From a virus: DNA of 64,000 nt. Shown one piece after another: positions 47,257 to 57,804 of the stretch; the first letter of the stretch is position 1, and each line of letters begins with the position of its first letter. The translations under genes and the position numbers were made by a program. The stretch is taken from positions 88,720 to 152,719 of the IMG/VR virus record IMGVR_UViG_3300033183_000354, one strand, 5' to 3'. The notes under the pieces were generated by a model. It saw only the letters and a program-made list of their open reading frames with translations, was not told where the DNA came from and searched no databases.

Positions 47257-47943
47257 ATGTCAACTATTAAGCTGAAAAAGTCCAGTATATCTGGACGCGT
47301 GCCAACTTTAAGTGACCTAGACTACGGGGAATTAGCCATCAACTATGCTGATGGCGTTTTATATTATAAAAACTCGTCTACAGGCATTCAAAGGATTGGC
47401 GCTACTCCGATCGGAGTCGATTCAGCTGCAGTTATTAATATCATCGATAAAGCATTTATCGATAATCTTGACGTTAATGCTGGTACATTAGACGGACAAG
47501 ATGGCACTTATTTCCTCAACTATAATAACTTTACGAATACGCCAACAGCAGCTGATTTTAGAGACTCTGCTTTTGTCACAAGTATTGCTTCACAAACTAA
47601 AAGCCCGGCAGACTCTGCTTCTGTAGCATCTATCGTTGATAGTGCCTTTGTACAAACTCTCATAAGAGAAGACTATGTTGCTACTATCGTCGATTCGGCG
47701 TATGTTGCTTTACGCGTAGGCGATTTTACAGATAACTTTGGAACAGTCGCAGTCGTCGGTGATTTATCTATCGATGCTACGACAGGTGGTGATACGATTA
47801 CCTTTGCAGCTGGATCGGGAGTTGATATTTCAACAAACGTAGCTCAAAAGAGAGTAACGATTTCTGCAACACCAAGTACAGTATATGATTTTGGAACGAT
47901 TACGAGTCCGGTTGGATTTACACTTGATATGGGTGCTATATAA
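47257..47943 (+). CDS. tail fibre-like protein
   Basis: TIKLKKSS..GRVP...DL.YGELAINYADG.LYYK; DSA repeats. Confidence 0.75.
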   Translation: MSTIKLKKSSISGRVPTLSDLDYGELAINYADGVLYYKNSSTGIQRIGATPIGVDSAAVINIIDKAFIDNLDVNAGTLDGQDGTYFLNYNNFTNTPTAADFRDSAFVTSIASQTKSPADSASVASIVDSAFVQTLIREDYVATIVDSAYVALRVGDFTDNFGTVAVVGDLSIDATTGGDTITFAAGSGVDISTNVAQKRVTISATPSTVYDFGTITSPVGFTLDMGAI

Positions 47944-47946
47944 ATA
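47939..47946 (+). promoter_or_regulatory. late promoter TATAAATA
   Basis: Exact consensus overlapping the upstream stop codon. Confidence 0.65.
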
Positions 47947-47967
47947 GGTTAAAGGTTAGAGGATAAC

Positions 47968-50900
47968 ATGACATTACAACTAAGAAGAGGTACTGACTCC
48001 GATAGATTAACGATCACCCCCTCGGCCGGTGAACCTATTTGGACGACTGATACTGAGAAATTATATGTAGGTGACGGTACTACTGCGGGCGGTGTACTTG
48101 TAACCGGAAGTGGAACAGCTGGTACTGATTCAGCTACTGTAAGTTCGATCATTTCGGCAACCGTTGACTCTGCGTATGTACAAGCAAGACAAACTGACGT
48201 TTATAGAGATTCTGCTTTTGTAACGAATATTATTGATAGTGCATATATTCAAGCGAGACAGACTGACATCTATCGTGATTCTGCCTTTGTAACAAATATT
48301 GTTGATTCTGCCTATATTCAAGCTAGACAAGCTGACGTTTATAGAGATTCTGCCTTTGTTACTTCAATTGTTAATGCAGCTTATATTCAAGCAAATCAAG
48401 CTGACATCTATCGTGATTCTGCCTTTGTAACAAATATCATCGACTCTGCTTATATTACAGCAAGAGCGTCTACTTATGATTCAGCCAATTTTACTGGTCA
48501 ATTAGCGGCTGCTAGTACTTCAGATTTAAGTGAAGGTACTAACCTTTACTATACGACTGCTCGAGCTGATTCTGATGCGAAGAATGCTATTAGTGTTACT
48601 GATGCCGGTGGTGATGGATCTTTAACTTATAACAATGGTGTCATCACTTATACTGGTCCTTCTGCATCTGAAGTAAGAGCACACTTTAGCGCAGGCACTG
48701 GTGTCACGATTAGTTCTGGTCAAATTAGTATTGGACAAGCATTAGGAACGACCGATAGTGCTGTCTTTGCTTCAGTTACTACTACAGGTAATATTATAGT
48801 CGGTGGTAATTTACAGGTGACTGGTACTACTACCACAATTAACTCTGAAACCCTTAATATTACTGACAACATGATCTATATGAATGCTGGGGAATCTTCT
48901 GGTTCATCAACAGCTTCGATTGATGTTGGTTGGGCAGCAAACGTTAACGACGATGGATCATATACCCATGTTGGTATGTTCCGTGACGCGACTGATAACA
49001 CATTTAAGGTATTTGGAGCTTATTCTCTCGAACCAGATGCTGCAGTAGAAATTAATACTGGCCATGCTTCATTTGCTCTTGCTCCATTCGCAGCGTCTAC
49101 ATTGAGCGGAAAATATCTTGGGTTTGACTCAGACTTCACAGCAAAATCTACTTCTGATCTTACCGAAGGTACTAATCTTTATTATACGACAGCAAGAGCA
49201 GATAGTGATATTACTGTAAAAGTAACGAATACATTCCTTCGCGGTCTTATCGATGATTCTTCGGTTATTATTGATGGTAATGGTTCTACTGGTGGTGTTA
49301 CAATTGCTGACGGCGGAATCACAATTAAATCTGGTACAGGTAGCGTAGCTTATACTGATTTCTACTGTGAAGCATCAAATGCACATAGAACTCGAGTTAA
49401 ATCAGCAGCGCATGCCGATTATTCCGGTAATGTTGATGTTACACTTCCAACATCAACCGGTACTCTTGCTCTTACTTCTGATATTCCAACAGCTGTAAGT
49501 TCTTTAACAAATGATGCTAACTATCTCGATAGCACATATGCTCAAGCTCTTATTGACTCTGCTTATATTCAAGCAAGACAGACTTCAGGTGGTGGAACTA
49601 CTCAGCAGACATTTAAAACTATTTCAGTTTCAGGTCAATCTGATGTGGTTGCTGATGATTCGGCCGATACACTTACATTAGTTGCTGGGTCAAATATTAC
49701 TATTACAACTAACGCAGCTACTGATACTATTACAATTGCGTCAACTGGCGGTGGGGGTGGATCTGCAGATTCTGCTACGATCATTGCTATTGTTGATTCT
49801 GCCTATGTACAAGCAAGACAAACTAGTGTATCATCATCTTCTATTACCGCTACGGTAAGCAACTACACTTATACGGCCGATTCAGGCCAAACAGCATTTA
49901 GTGGTGTTGATGACTTTACAAATACGCTATCTTATACGGCTGGTACTGGTACTCAAGTATTCTTGAATGGTCTTCTCCTAGTTGATAGTGATGACTATAC
50001 TGCTACGAATGGTTCATCTATTACGTTAACAACAGCTGCTGATAGTGGAGATACTTTATCGATCGTTGCATGGAACACTACTCCTCAAGTTAATGTTGCG
50101 GCAGCGACTACTATTACTCAATATAACTATGAAGCTGATTCAGCTCAAACCACATTCGGTGGTTCTGATATTGATGGTCAGACTTTATCCTATACTGCAG
50201 GTGAGTTACAAGTATTCTTAAACGGTATCTTACTCGTAGATAGCAATGATTATACTGCTACAAATGGCTCAAATGTAGTCTTACAAAGTGGCGCTGATTC
50301 TGGCGATATGATTTCGGTCATCTCTTATGTAACAGCTACTTCGAATCTTAATTCAACAATTGAAAGCATTGTCGATTCTGCTTATGTACAGGCAAGACAA
50401 ACTGCCGGAGGCGGTGGCACAGTCGACTCAGCAGCCGTTATTGCAATTGTTAATACAATTGATCCTACAATCAATAACTATTATTATACAGCAACTGCTT
50501 CACAAACTGCTTTTACTGGTGCTGATAATGCTGGTAATACTTTAAGCTATACAACTGATAAGCTTCAAGTTTATCTAAACGGTATTTTATTAATTGATAG
50601 TGACGATTATACTCAAACTAATAGTAGCACTGTAACTCTTACTTCAGCTGCTTCAAGCGGCGATACAGTTACAGTAGTTAGCTACAAGACAGGTAGTGCC
50701 GCAGTAAATGACGCGATCGCCGCCGTGGTCGATTCGGCTTATGTTACTGCTCGAGCAGGTGGTGCACATAGTTGGACCGAAAAGACAACTAATTATACTG
50801 CTGTAGCTAATGATAGATTATTTGTTGATGCTTCAAGCGGTGCAATTACAGTAACGCTTCCTGCTACCCCTTCAATGGGTGATGAAATAAGAATCATCGA

Positions 50901-51057
50901 TGCATATGGTGTAGCAGCAACAAATAATATTACTATCTCAAGAAATAGTAAGAAAATTAATGCTGTTGATTCTGACTTTGTTCTTGATGTTAACAGAGCA
51001 GCTATTGGCTTAGTATATTATAATGATTCAAACGGATGGCTATTAATAGAGAGATAA
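47968..51057 (+). CDS. long tail fibre / hub protein with DSAY.QARQ repeats
   Basis: QLRRGT N-terminus; three YTA..QT.F...QVFLNG.LL...DYT modules; 1029 aa. Confidence 0.8.
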   Translation: MTLQLRRGTDSDRLTITPSAGEPIWTTDTEKLYVGDGTTAGGVLVTGSGTAGTDSATVSSIISATVDSAYVQARQTDVYRDSAFVTNIIDSAYIQARQTDIYRDSAFVTNIVDSAYIQARQADVYRDSAFVTSIVNAAYIQANQADIYRDSAFVTNIIDSAYITARASTYDSANFTGQLAAASTSDLSEGTNLYYTTARADSDAKNAISVTDAGGDGSLTYNNGVITYTGPSASEVRAHFSAGTGVTISSGQISIGQALGTTDSAVFASVTTTGNIIVGGNLQVTGTTTTINSETLNITDNMIYMNAGESSGSSTASIDVGWAANVNDDGSYTHVGMFRDATDNTFKVFGAYSLEPDAAVEINTGHASFALAPFAASTLSGKYLGFDSDFTAKSTSDLTEGTNLYYTTARADSDITVKVTNTFLRGLIDDSSVIIDGNGSTGGVTIADGGITIKSGTGSVAYTDFYCEASNAHRTRVKSAAHADYSGNVDVTLPTSTGTLALTSDIPTAVSSLTNDANYLDSTYAQALIDSAYIQARQTSGGGTTQQTFKTISVSGQSDVVADDSADTLTLVAGSNITITTNAATDTITIASTGGGGGSADSATIIAIVDSAYVQARQTSVSSSSITATVSNYTYTADSGQTAFSGVDDFTNTLSYTAGTGTQVFLNGLLLVDSDDYTATNGSSITLTTAADSGDTLSIVAWNTTPQVNVAAATTITQYNYEADSAQTTFGGSDIDGQTLSYTAGELQVFLNGILLVDSNDYTATNGSNVVLQSGADSGDMISVISYVTATSNLNSTIESIVDSAYVQARQTAGGGGTVDSAAVIAIVNTIDPTINNYYYTATASQTAFTGADNAGNTLSYTTDKLQVYLNGILLIDSDDYTQTNSSTVTLTSAASSGDTVTVVSYKTGSAAVNDAIAAVVDSAYVTARAGGAHSWTEKTTNYTAVANDRLFVDASSGAITVTLPATPSMGDEIRIIDAYGVAATNNITISRNSKKINAVDSDFVLDVNRAAIGLVYYNDSNGWLLIER
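48163..48462 (+). repeat. about four copies of a 69-bp (23-aa) coding tandem repeat
   Basis: (I/V)DSAY(I/V)QARQ(T/A)D(I/V)YRDSAFVTNI repeated; TATAGAGATTCTGC alternates with TATCGTGATTCTGC. Confidence 0.9.
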
Positions 51058-51058
51058 T

Positions 51059-52018
51059 ATGGGAACTTATTCGTCGGCTCTTCGAGCCACTGCAAACGCA
51101 GCAGATATTACAGGTGCGACTGATACGTATGCAACACCAAGTCTTTTACCTCTTTCTGGAGTAACGGCCGGTTCACAGGCATATGTGTCCTCTACTAATC
51201 GATTGTATATCTTTACCGGTACTGGTTGGTATAGCATTGCTCTTGTCAATAATAATCCAGTTATTTCAAGTATTTTAACTTCTAACGATAGTTCAAGTCC
51301 TATTGCTCTTAAGACATCTGGCAATAATACGATCGTAACGGTTAATGCAGTTGATTCTGAAGGAATACCTCTTACTTATTCATATGTAACAGATAGCGGG
51401 TTTGATGGTCTTGCTACGATTAGTGCTCAAGATTCGAGTGTATTTACGATTACTCCATTTAGCTCAGACTCTGCTACAACTACTTCAGGCATCGTGACAT
51501 TTAAGGCAAGTGATGGAATAAATGTTACAACTACTAATACTACATTTACGCTTTCATTCCTCACTCTTATTGATGCTGATATGGTTCAAGGTTCTTGGGG
51601 TAAGCAAAGTTATGCAGCACACTCGTTTAGCGGTACTGAAGTATATGTTACTCATAGTCAAAACTTTAATACTAATTCACATCGCGAATTTACTGGTCTT
51701 ACTATCGGGCAAACATATCAACTCGATTATGAACATAAGTCTGCTACGAGTGGTGGTACCGAAACATTCTATATAACAGATACTCTGTATACTACTACTA
51801 GTTTGTCTAGTCTTAATGTTACTCAATTAGCTGGTACTACTTGGAGTGAATCAAATACTATTTCAAATGGCGCTAGTTATGCTGAATCTACGTCTTATGT
51901 GTCATTTAGCTTCCGATTTGAAGCATCTGCGACAACTATGTATGCTGTCTTTGCACCAGATTATCCGGATCAAAATGCGTATTACGTAAGAAATCTTAAA
52001 CTATATAAAGTAGGTTGA
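51059..52018 (+). CDS. adhesin/fibre paralogue 1 (shared stalk plus jelly-roll-like head)
   Basis: LPLSGV.AG.QAYV..TNRLY...GTGWY and DSEG.P.TY...QDSSVFTITP modules. Confidence 0.75.
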   Translation: MGTYSSALRATANAADITGATDTYATPSLLPLSGVTAGSQAYVSSTNRLYIFTGTGWYSIALVNNNPVISSILTSNDSSSPIALKTSGNNTIVTVNAVDSEGIPLTYSYVTDSGFDGLATISAQDSSVFTITPFSSDSATTTSGIVTFKASDGINVTTTNTTFTLSFLTLIDADMVQGSWGKQSYAAHSFSGTEVYVTHSQNFNTNSHREFTGLTIGQTYQLDYEHKSATSGGTETFYITDTLYTTTSLSSLNVTQLAGTTWSESNTISNGASYAESTSYVSFSFRFEASATTMYAVFAPDYPDQNAYYVRNLKLYKVG

Positions 52019-52026
52019 TGTCATAA

Positions 52027-55000
52027 ATGGCAAACTATTCTTCTATATTAAGGTCTGATGCTACGTCGATATCAGGGTTTACTTCACAGGTCAATGTTTA
52101 TTCTACTATCAATGATTTACCTTTAAGTGGAGTTGCAACTGGTTTAAGGGCATATGTTACTGGCAATAATCGTTATTATTTTTATAACGGTACAGGCTGG
52201 TCAAGTATCGGTATTGCAAATACTTCTCCATCTTTGACAGATTCAGGAACACCTGAATCTACATATGCACTTGCAATCGATGGCTCTACACCTACGATTA
52301 TTACTATTATTGCGACAGATCCAGAAGAACTTCCTATTACATATTCTGTTGTCGCAGATTCTGACTTTAGTGGATTAGCATCTGTTTCTCAAGATTCAAA
52401 TGTATTTACAATTACACCATTTAGTTCTGACTCTGCTACGACTACTTCTGGTACTCTTACCTTTAAGGCAAGTGACGGCGTTAATATCGCGACTGCATCA
52501 TCAACGTTTACTCTTACGTTTGAGATTGCTAATTCGAATTATACAACACTTCTAGCAAAAGCAAGTGGAAATTCTGGTACAAATACTTCTGTTACTGATT
52601 CTTCTTCAAATGCTCATACGATGACAGTTAGCGGTGACGTTAGGACTACTTCATTTAGTCCTTATAGAAGTGGTGGATATAGCTACTATCTTAATGGATC
52701 GTCATATGTACGTCCTACTAATAAGCATTCTGTAACTACAGGTAATTGGACGATGGAATTTTGGGCATATATGCCTGATCTTAATACTTCAAATACTTAT
52801 GCAATTGCTGAATTTCAAGTAAATAATAGTTCTGCGTTTGAAGTTTTGATGCCAAACTTGGATGGTTTAGCGCTTAAAGCCACTTCAGTTGGTACTACCT
52901 TTGACTCTAGGACTTCAGGCGGTAATCCTACTGCATATCCACCTGTAAGAGAATGGTTCCATATAGCTATAACTTATAATGGTAGTTATGTTAAATTATA
53001 TTTAAATGGTGCTGAATTATTATCAGTGGCTAACTCATCACTAGATGTTACTAATACACATTTAAATGTTGGAGCATGTTTAAGAGGTACTGACTTCTAC
53101 TTTACAGGCTATATCTCAGACTTTAGATTGGTAAAAGATGTAGTATATAATGGCAATTTTATTCCACCAACCGAACGTTTAACTACGATCACAAATACTG
53201 ATCGTTTATTAGCTAGTTTACCATATTTAGGTGACGCGTCTGATAGTACTGAACCTTTGATAGCTTCAGGAAGCCCAACTATTGAGGCATTTGCTCCATA
53301 TAATTATTCGCCTTATAGTGCTTCTTCTCATGGCGGGTCTGTATACTTTGATGGCAGCGGTGATTATTTAACTGTAACATATAATTCTAATCTCGACTTA
53401 ACTCAAGCTTCAACTCATACTATTGAAGCGTGGGTATATCTTACATCTACTCCAAGTGCTAACACATCAATTATTACTACAAGACCAAGTTCAGGTCCAT
53501 ATGGCTACGACGTTAGAGTTAATACTAGTCGTCAAATTCAATATTATCATACTGGTGCTGGTTCAGTTACTGGCAGTGTTGCGATGGTATTAAACACGTG
53601 GAATCATGTTGCTGTAGTATTAACAGGTGGAACTGCTTATATTTACATTAATGGAATACTCGACACTTCTGGATCTTTTTCTTCTGGATTTGCTACTACT
53701 CAATCGCCATATATTGGAAGAAGTGGTACTTCTGTAGCTTATTTGCCTGGATATATCGCAGATCTAAGAGTCGTAAATGGTACGGCTGTATATACGGCTG
53801 CATTTACTCCACCAACTTCTCCATTAACAGCTATAACTAATACTGCACTCTTAATGAGCGGTCAAGATGCTAAAGTATATGATGCATCACAAACTGTTGG
53901 TGCATTAACACTAGCTGGTAATGCAACATCATCAACTACGCAAACAAAATATGCTTCATCTTCTGTTGCTCTTGATGGCACTGGAGATTATATTTCTGTT
54001 GATAAAACTATTGGTCATTTTGGAACGAGTAATTTTACAATTGAAGGATGGTGGTATTTTAATACTGTATCTGCTGGTTATCAACCAATTATAACACTAG
54101 GACAAGATGCGGATCAAAGAGGATGGGGTCTTATCACTGAAACAGATAATGAACTAGCATTTTATATGAGCAACGGATCAGCGTGGTCTTATAATATTGC
54201 ATCAACAACAGTACCTAATTTAAATGCGTGGAATCATATTGCTGTTACACGTAGTGGCGGTACTTTAACGCTATTTTTGAATGGTACATCAATAGGCACT
54301 GCTAGTATAGGAGCTAATAGTACTCACACTACAACTTCTGGAGCTCTATATATTGGTCACTACCCATTTTTCCCTGGAGGTGCTCGTTCTTTTAATGGTT
54401 ACATAGAAGATGTTAGAATTACAAAGAGTCTTTCACGTTATCCATTTATTCCAACAAAAGAGACACTTACAGCAGTTTCAGGAACATCAATACTAACTGC
54501 ACATACATCAAGTTTAACTGATGGATCAAGTAATAGTCATACCATTACTACTAATGGATCAATGGCTTCTCCTACTTCATTTGCTCCTTCTAGTGGAATG
54601 TATTCTCAATATTTTGATGGATCAGATGATTATATTACAACTTCTTCTGATACATCATTTGGTCTTGGCACAGCTGACTTTACTTTTGAGTGCTGGTATT
54701 ATTGGCCTTCTGGTTCTACATATGCTTGGCTTATGGATATGCGAGATGTTGGTACGAGCTATATTCAAACTAAACCTGCATTATATTCAACTACTAGTAA
54801 TTTAATATATTATGTTGATGGTGGGGATTTCATTTCCGCTCCTGTATTACCTACAAATAAATGGGTACATGTAGCTTTAGTAAGAGCAAGTAGCGTAACA
54901 AGAATATTTGTAGATGGATCGATAGTCGCTTCAGGAAATGATACAAAAGATTATGGATCAAGTGCATCATTTAAATTTGGTAGAAATGAAAATACTTATT

Positions 55001-55095
55001 ATGGTACAGGGTATGCTTCTAATATAAGACTGGTTAAAGGAACTGCTCTCTATTCAGAAGACTTTACGCCTCCTACTAGTCAATTGAATGGATAA
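52027..55095 (+). CDS. adhesin paralogue 2 with multiple LamG/ConA-like domains
   Basis: Repeated S.YFDG.GDY...FTIE.W...W.H.A..R...Y.NG...GYI.D.R...Y...FTPPT. Confidence 0.85.
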   Translation: MANYSSILRSDATSISGFTSQVNVYSTINDLPLSGVATGLRAYVTGNNRYYFYNGTGWSSIGIANTSPSLTDSGTPESTYALAIDGSTPTIITIIATDPEELPITYSVVADSDFSGLASVSQDSNVFTITPFSSDSATTTSGTLTFKASDGVNIATASSTFTLTFEIANSNYTTLLAKASGNSGTNTSVTDSSSNAHTMTVSGDVRTTSFSPYRSGGYSYYLNGSSYVRPTNKHSVTTGNWTMEFWAYMPDLNTSNTYAIAEFQVNNSSAFEVLMPNLDGLALKATSVGTTFDSRTSGGNPTAYPPVREWFHIAITYNGSYVKLYLNGAELLSVANSSLDVTNTHLNVGACLRGTDFYFTGYISDFRLVKDVVYNGNFIPPTERLTTITNTDRLLASLPYLGDASDSTEPLIASGSPTIEAFAPYNYSPYSASSHGGSVYFDGSGDYLTVTYNSNLDLTQASTHTIEAWVYLTSTPSANTSIITTRPSSGPYGYDVRVNTSRQIQYYHTGAGSVTGSVAMVLNTWNHVAVVLTGGTAYIYINGILDTSGSFSSGFATTQSPYIGRSGTSVAYLPGYIADLRVVNGTAVYTAAFTPPTSPLTAITNTALLMSGQDAKVYDASQTVGALTLAGNATSSTTQTKYASSSVALDGTGDYISVDKTIGHFGTSNFTIEGWWYFNTVSAGYQPIITLGQDADQRGWGLITETDNELAFYMSNGSAWSYNIASTTVPNLNAWNHIAVTRSGGTLTLFLNGTSIGTASIGANSTHTTTSGALYIGHYPFFPGGARSFNGYIEDVRITKSLSRYPFIPTKETLTAVSGTSILTAHTSSLTDGSSNSHTITTNGSMASPTSFAPSSGMYSQYFDGSDDYITTSSDTSFGLGTADFTFECWYYWPSGSTYAWLMDMRDVGTSYIQTKPALYSTTSNLIYYVDGGDFISAPVLPTNKWVHVALVRASSVTRIFVDGSIVASGNDTKDYGSSASFKFGRNENTYYGTGYASNIRLVKGTALYSEDFTPPTSQLNG

Positions 55096-55114
55096 ATAGG
55101 TCAAAGGTGTAAGT

Positions 55115-56509
55115 ATGGTCTCGAGAGCAAGAACATTATCTGATAGAGTTGCTAAAGCGTATGCGGCCGGTAAATTAAATACTGACGGCACAATTACTGG
55201 TGCAGCTGTTACGACTTATAGTACTTATGCTAGTGTCTCAAATACTGGTAATTCAGTAGGAGACATTGCTATTGTTAATTCAACTAAAAGCATGTATGTT
55301 TGGGATAGTGATGGTTGGAGAACTATTACTACCTATAACTTTACTCCTATTATTGATGATAGCTCTTATAATAGTAGTTATACCCTTGATTCAGGTGGAA
55401 ACCCAACTATTCTTAGCTTGACTGCTACTGATTCAGATGGCGCAATTCAAAATATTTCTTGGTCATATACTGCTTCTGATTCTGCTTCTACATTTGTAAC
55501 TATTTCTCAAGATTCGAGTGTATTTACAATTACTACGAAAAATGATTCAGATATTCAAGCGATATATCCAGATGGTGGTGATTTTACTATTACCTTTACT
55601 GCGACTGATAGTGTATCATCTGATACTGCTACTGTAACCTTTACTCGAACATATTATCCAACTCTTGAGATTTATATGTGGGGTGGTGGTGCTTCGGCTG
55701 GTTATCAAAATTACACTTCTCCTTATACAGGAAAGGCTGGTAATGGTGGTGGTGGCGGTGCTGTCTATGGAGAAATTAACCCAGGATCATATATTGGTAG
55801 TACATTTAAAATTGAAAATAATAGAGGAGCTGGACCAACAGATACTGGTATAGCCGGAAATAATGGTTATGGAGGAGGATGTTCAGCCCTTTGGACTCAA
55901 AATAGTAATAGTGACCTCAATTATCTAGCACTTGTTGCCGGAGGTGGAGGTGGCGGTGGTGGTAATAAATCAGGTGGTGGAGATTATTCTTCAGGAAGAG
56001 CAGGCGGGCCAGGAGGAGGAAATTCTGGCACAACCGGCAATGGATCTTATCCTGGAGGAGGAGGTACTCAATCTGCCGGTGGCGCGAGTGGCGGGTCTGG
56101 TGGTAGTGCCGGTAGTCAATTTCAAGGTGGATCTGGTTATTATCCTTCTATTAATTTTGGAGAAAATAGTGGCGGCGGTGGCGGTGGATATTATGGCGGC
56201 GGTGGCGGCGGTTCTGACGGTGGTAATAATACTGGCGGCGGAGGCGGAGGATCGAGCTATATCAATACGAGTATAGTGTCGAATGGTGTAACATACTCTG
56301 GTTCAGGTGCATATCCAGGAAATTCTTCATCATCTTATAGGGGTGGTGCTGGCAATGGGGTAGTTTCTGGTGTTCAAGGTAGATCTAATTCGCGAGTAGT
56401 AATTAGATATCAAGGTTCACAGATTGCTACAGGTGGTACCATTACGACATCAGGTGGTTATACTCAACATGTATTTACCGGTAATGATACATTTACGCTT
56501 ACAGGATAA
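55115..56509 (+). CDS. adhesin paralogue 3 with a glycine-rich head
   Basis: Stalk module, then WGGG...GGGGG repeats and ATGGTITT.GGYT.H.F. Confidence 0.8.
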   Translation: MVSRARTLSDRVAKAYAAGKLNTDGTITGAAVTTYSTYASVSNTGNSVGDIAIVNSTKSMYVWDSDGWRTITTYNFTPIIDDSSYNSSYTLDSGGNPTILSLTATDSDGAIQNISWSYTASDSASTFVTISQDSSVFTITTKNDSDIQAIYPDGGDFTITFTATDSVSSDTATVTFTRTYYPTLEIYMWGGGASAGYQNYTSPYTGKAGNGGGGGAVYGEINPGSYIGSTFKIENNRGAGPTDTGIAGNNGYGGGCSALWTQNSNSDLNYLALVAGGGGGGGGNKSGGGDYSSGRAGGPGGGNSGTTGNGSYPGGGGTQSAGGASGGSGGSAGSQFQGGSGYYPSINFGENSGGGGGGYYGGGGGGSDGGNNTGGGGGGSSYINTSIVSNGVTYSGSGAYPGNSSSSYRGGAGNGVVSGVQGRSNSRVVIRYQGSQIATGGTITTSGGYTQHVFTGNDTFTLTG

Positions 56510-56512
56510 AAG

Positions 56513-57802
56513 ATGGCAAAGTCGAGAAATAGAGATATAGCTTCTACGTTTGGAGGTGCTGTTGCTAATAATAAATTATCAGCCTCTGGTGTATTTAATT
56601 CAGCCACAGTAAATCATTATGATTCAATTGGTGGATTGCCTTTATCTTCGGTTGATTCAGGAAGCTTGGCTTTTGTTGTACCTACTGATAAGTTTTATGT
56701 TTTTACTAATAGTGGATGGTATAATATAACTTTATCCAATAATACTCCATATTTTATTGTTGGACCTGATTCTGCATATACAATCGATAGTGCAACTGGA
56801 GCAACTATATCATTGAGTGCAGGCGATTCAGATTTTAATAATTTAGATAATATTATAACATATTCTGTGACACTGGATTCTAATTTTAGTCGAATGGCTA
56901 CTATTACTCAAGATTCAAGTGTATTCACGATTAGTCCTAAAAGTGCCACAGTTGCAGATTCTGCAGTAGTAGCAGCTGGCGCAGGTAATACGTCGACGAT
57001 TACATTTACAGCATCTGATGGTATTACTTCGGCAAGTCAAAATTCAGTTATTACTTATACTGGAATAGGTCAACCTGCTCGAAACTTTGTTACAGATTCT
57101 ATTGTTGCTTTTTATGACGCGCAAGACACTTCGAGTTATTCTGGTTCAGGCAGTACATGGACAAATATTTCTGGTCAAAGTGGTGATCTTACGATATATA
57201 ATAGTCCAACTTGGAATAGTAATGGCTACTTTACTTTTAATGGTTCAACTCAATATATGAGAAATACAAATCTATTTAATATGGGTATGGGTGAAACCTT
57301 TACTGTTGAAGGATTTGTTTTTATTCCATCTTCACCATCTTATTTTAAAGTATTTAGTAATGACAGAGTAGCTTATCAGGGTTCAGAAGGATGGATAGAT
57401 GTTGAAGCCACAACAGGAAAAATTAGATATGGGGTTGATTCGAGAGTTGGTTCACCTTATAGTTATTTTATGTCAAGTGGAACATCTAATATTAATCTGA
57501 ATGGATGGAATTATTTCTCTATGACAGGTAATATTGGTACTACATCAATGTCAGGTAGACTTTTAATTAATGGTGAAATTGAAAATCTTTCTGCTTCTTT
57601 AACTTGGTCAGGTTTTACTGATCAAAACTATACTCAATTTAGTGTTGGTAGACATTATAATCATGTTTACAGTGATAATTATTTTAATAGTTCTATCTCA
57701 ATGATTAGATTATATAATGATCAACTTACTCAAGCAGAGCAAGAGCAAAACTTTGAAGACTTTTTAAACTTCAATAGCATATCATTTACATATACGAGTT
57801 AA
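56513..57802 (+). CDS. adhesin paralogue 4 with a single LamG-like head
   Basis: YDA....SYSGSGSTW.NISG...F.FNG...RLYN..LT.AE..QNF. Confidence 0.8.
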   Translation: MAKSRNRDIASTFGGAVANNKLSASGVFNSATVNHYDSIGGLPLSSVDSGSLAFVVPTDKFYVFTNSGWYNITLSNNTPYFIVGPDSAYTIDSATGATISLSAGDSDFNNLDNIITYSVTLDSNFSRMATITQDSSVFTISPKSATVADSAVVAAGAGNTSTITFTASDGITSASQNSVITYTGIGQPARNFVTDSIVAFYDAQDTSSYSGSGSTWTNISGQSGDLTIYNSPTWNSNGYFTFNGSTQYMRNTNLFNMGMGETFTVEGFVFIPSSPSYFKVFSNDRVAYQGSEGWIDVEATTGKIRYGVDSRVGSPYSYFMSSGTSNINLNGWNYFSMTGNIGTTSMSGRLLINGEIENLSASLTWSGFTDQNYTQFSVGRHYNHVYSDNYFNSSISMIRLYNDQLTQAEQEQNFEDFLNFNSISFTYTS

Positions 57803-57804
57803 CG

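Noticed and set aside
48163-48462. CRISPR-like repeat array
   Set aside because: In-frame coding tandem repeats with no unique spacers and no cas genes
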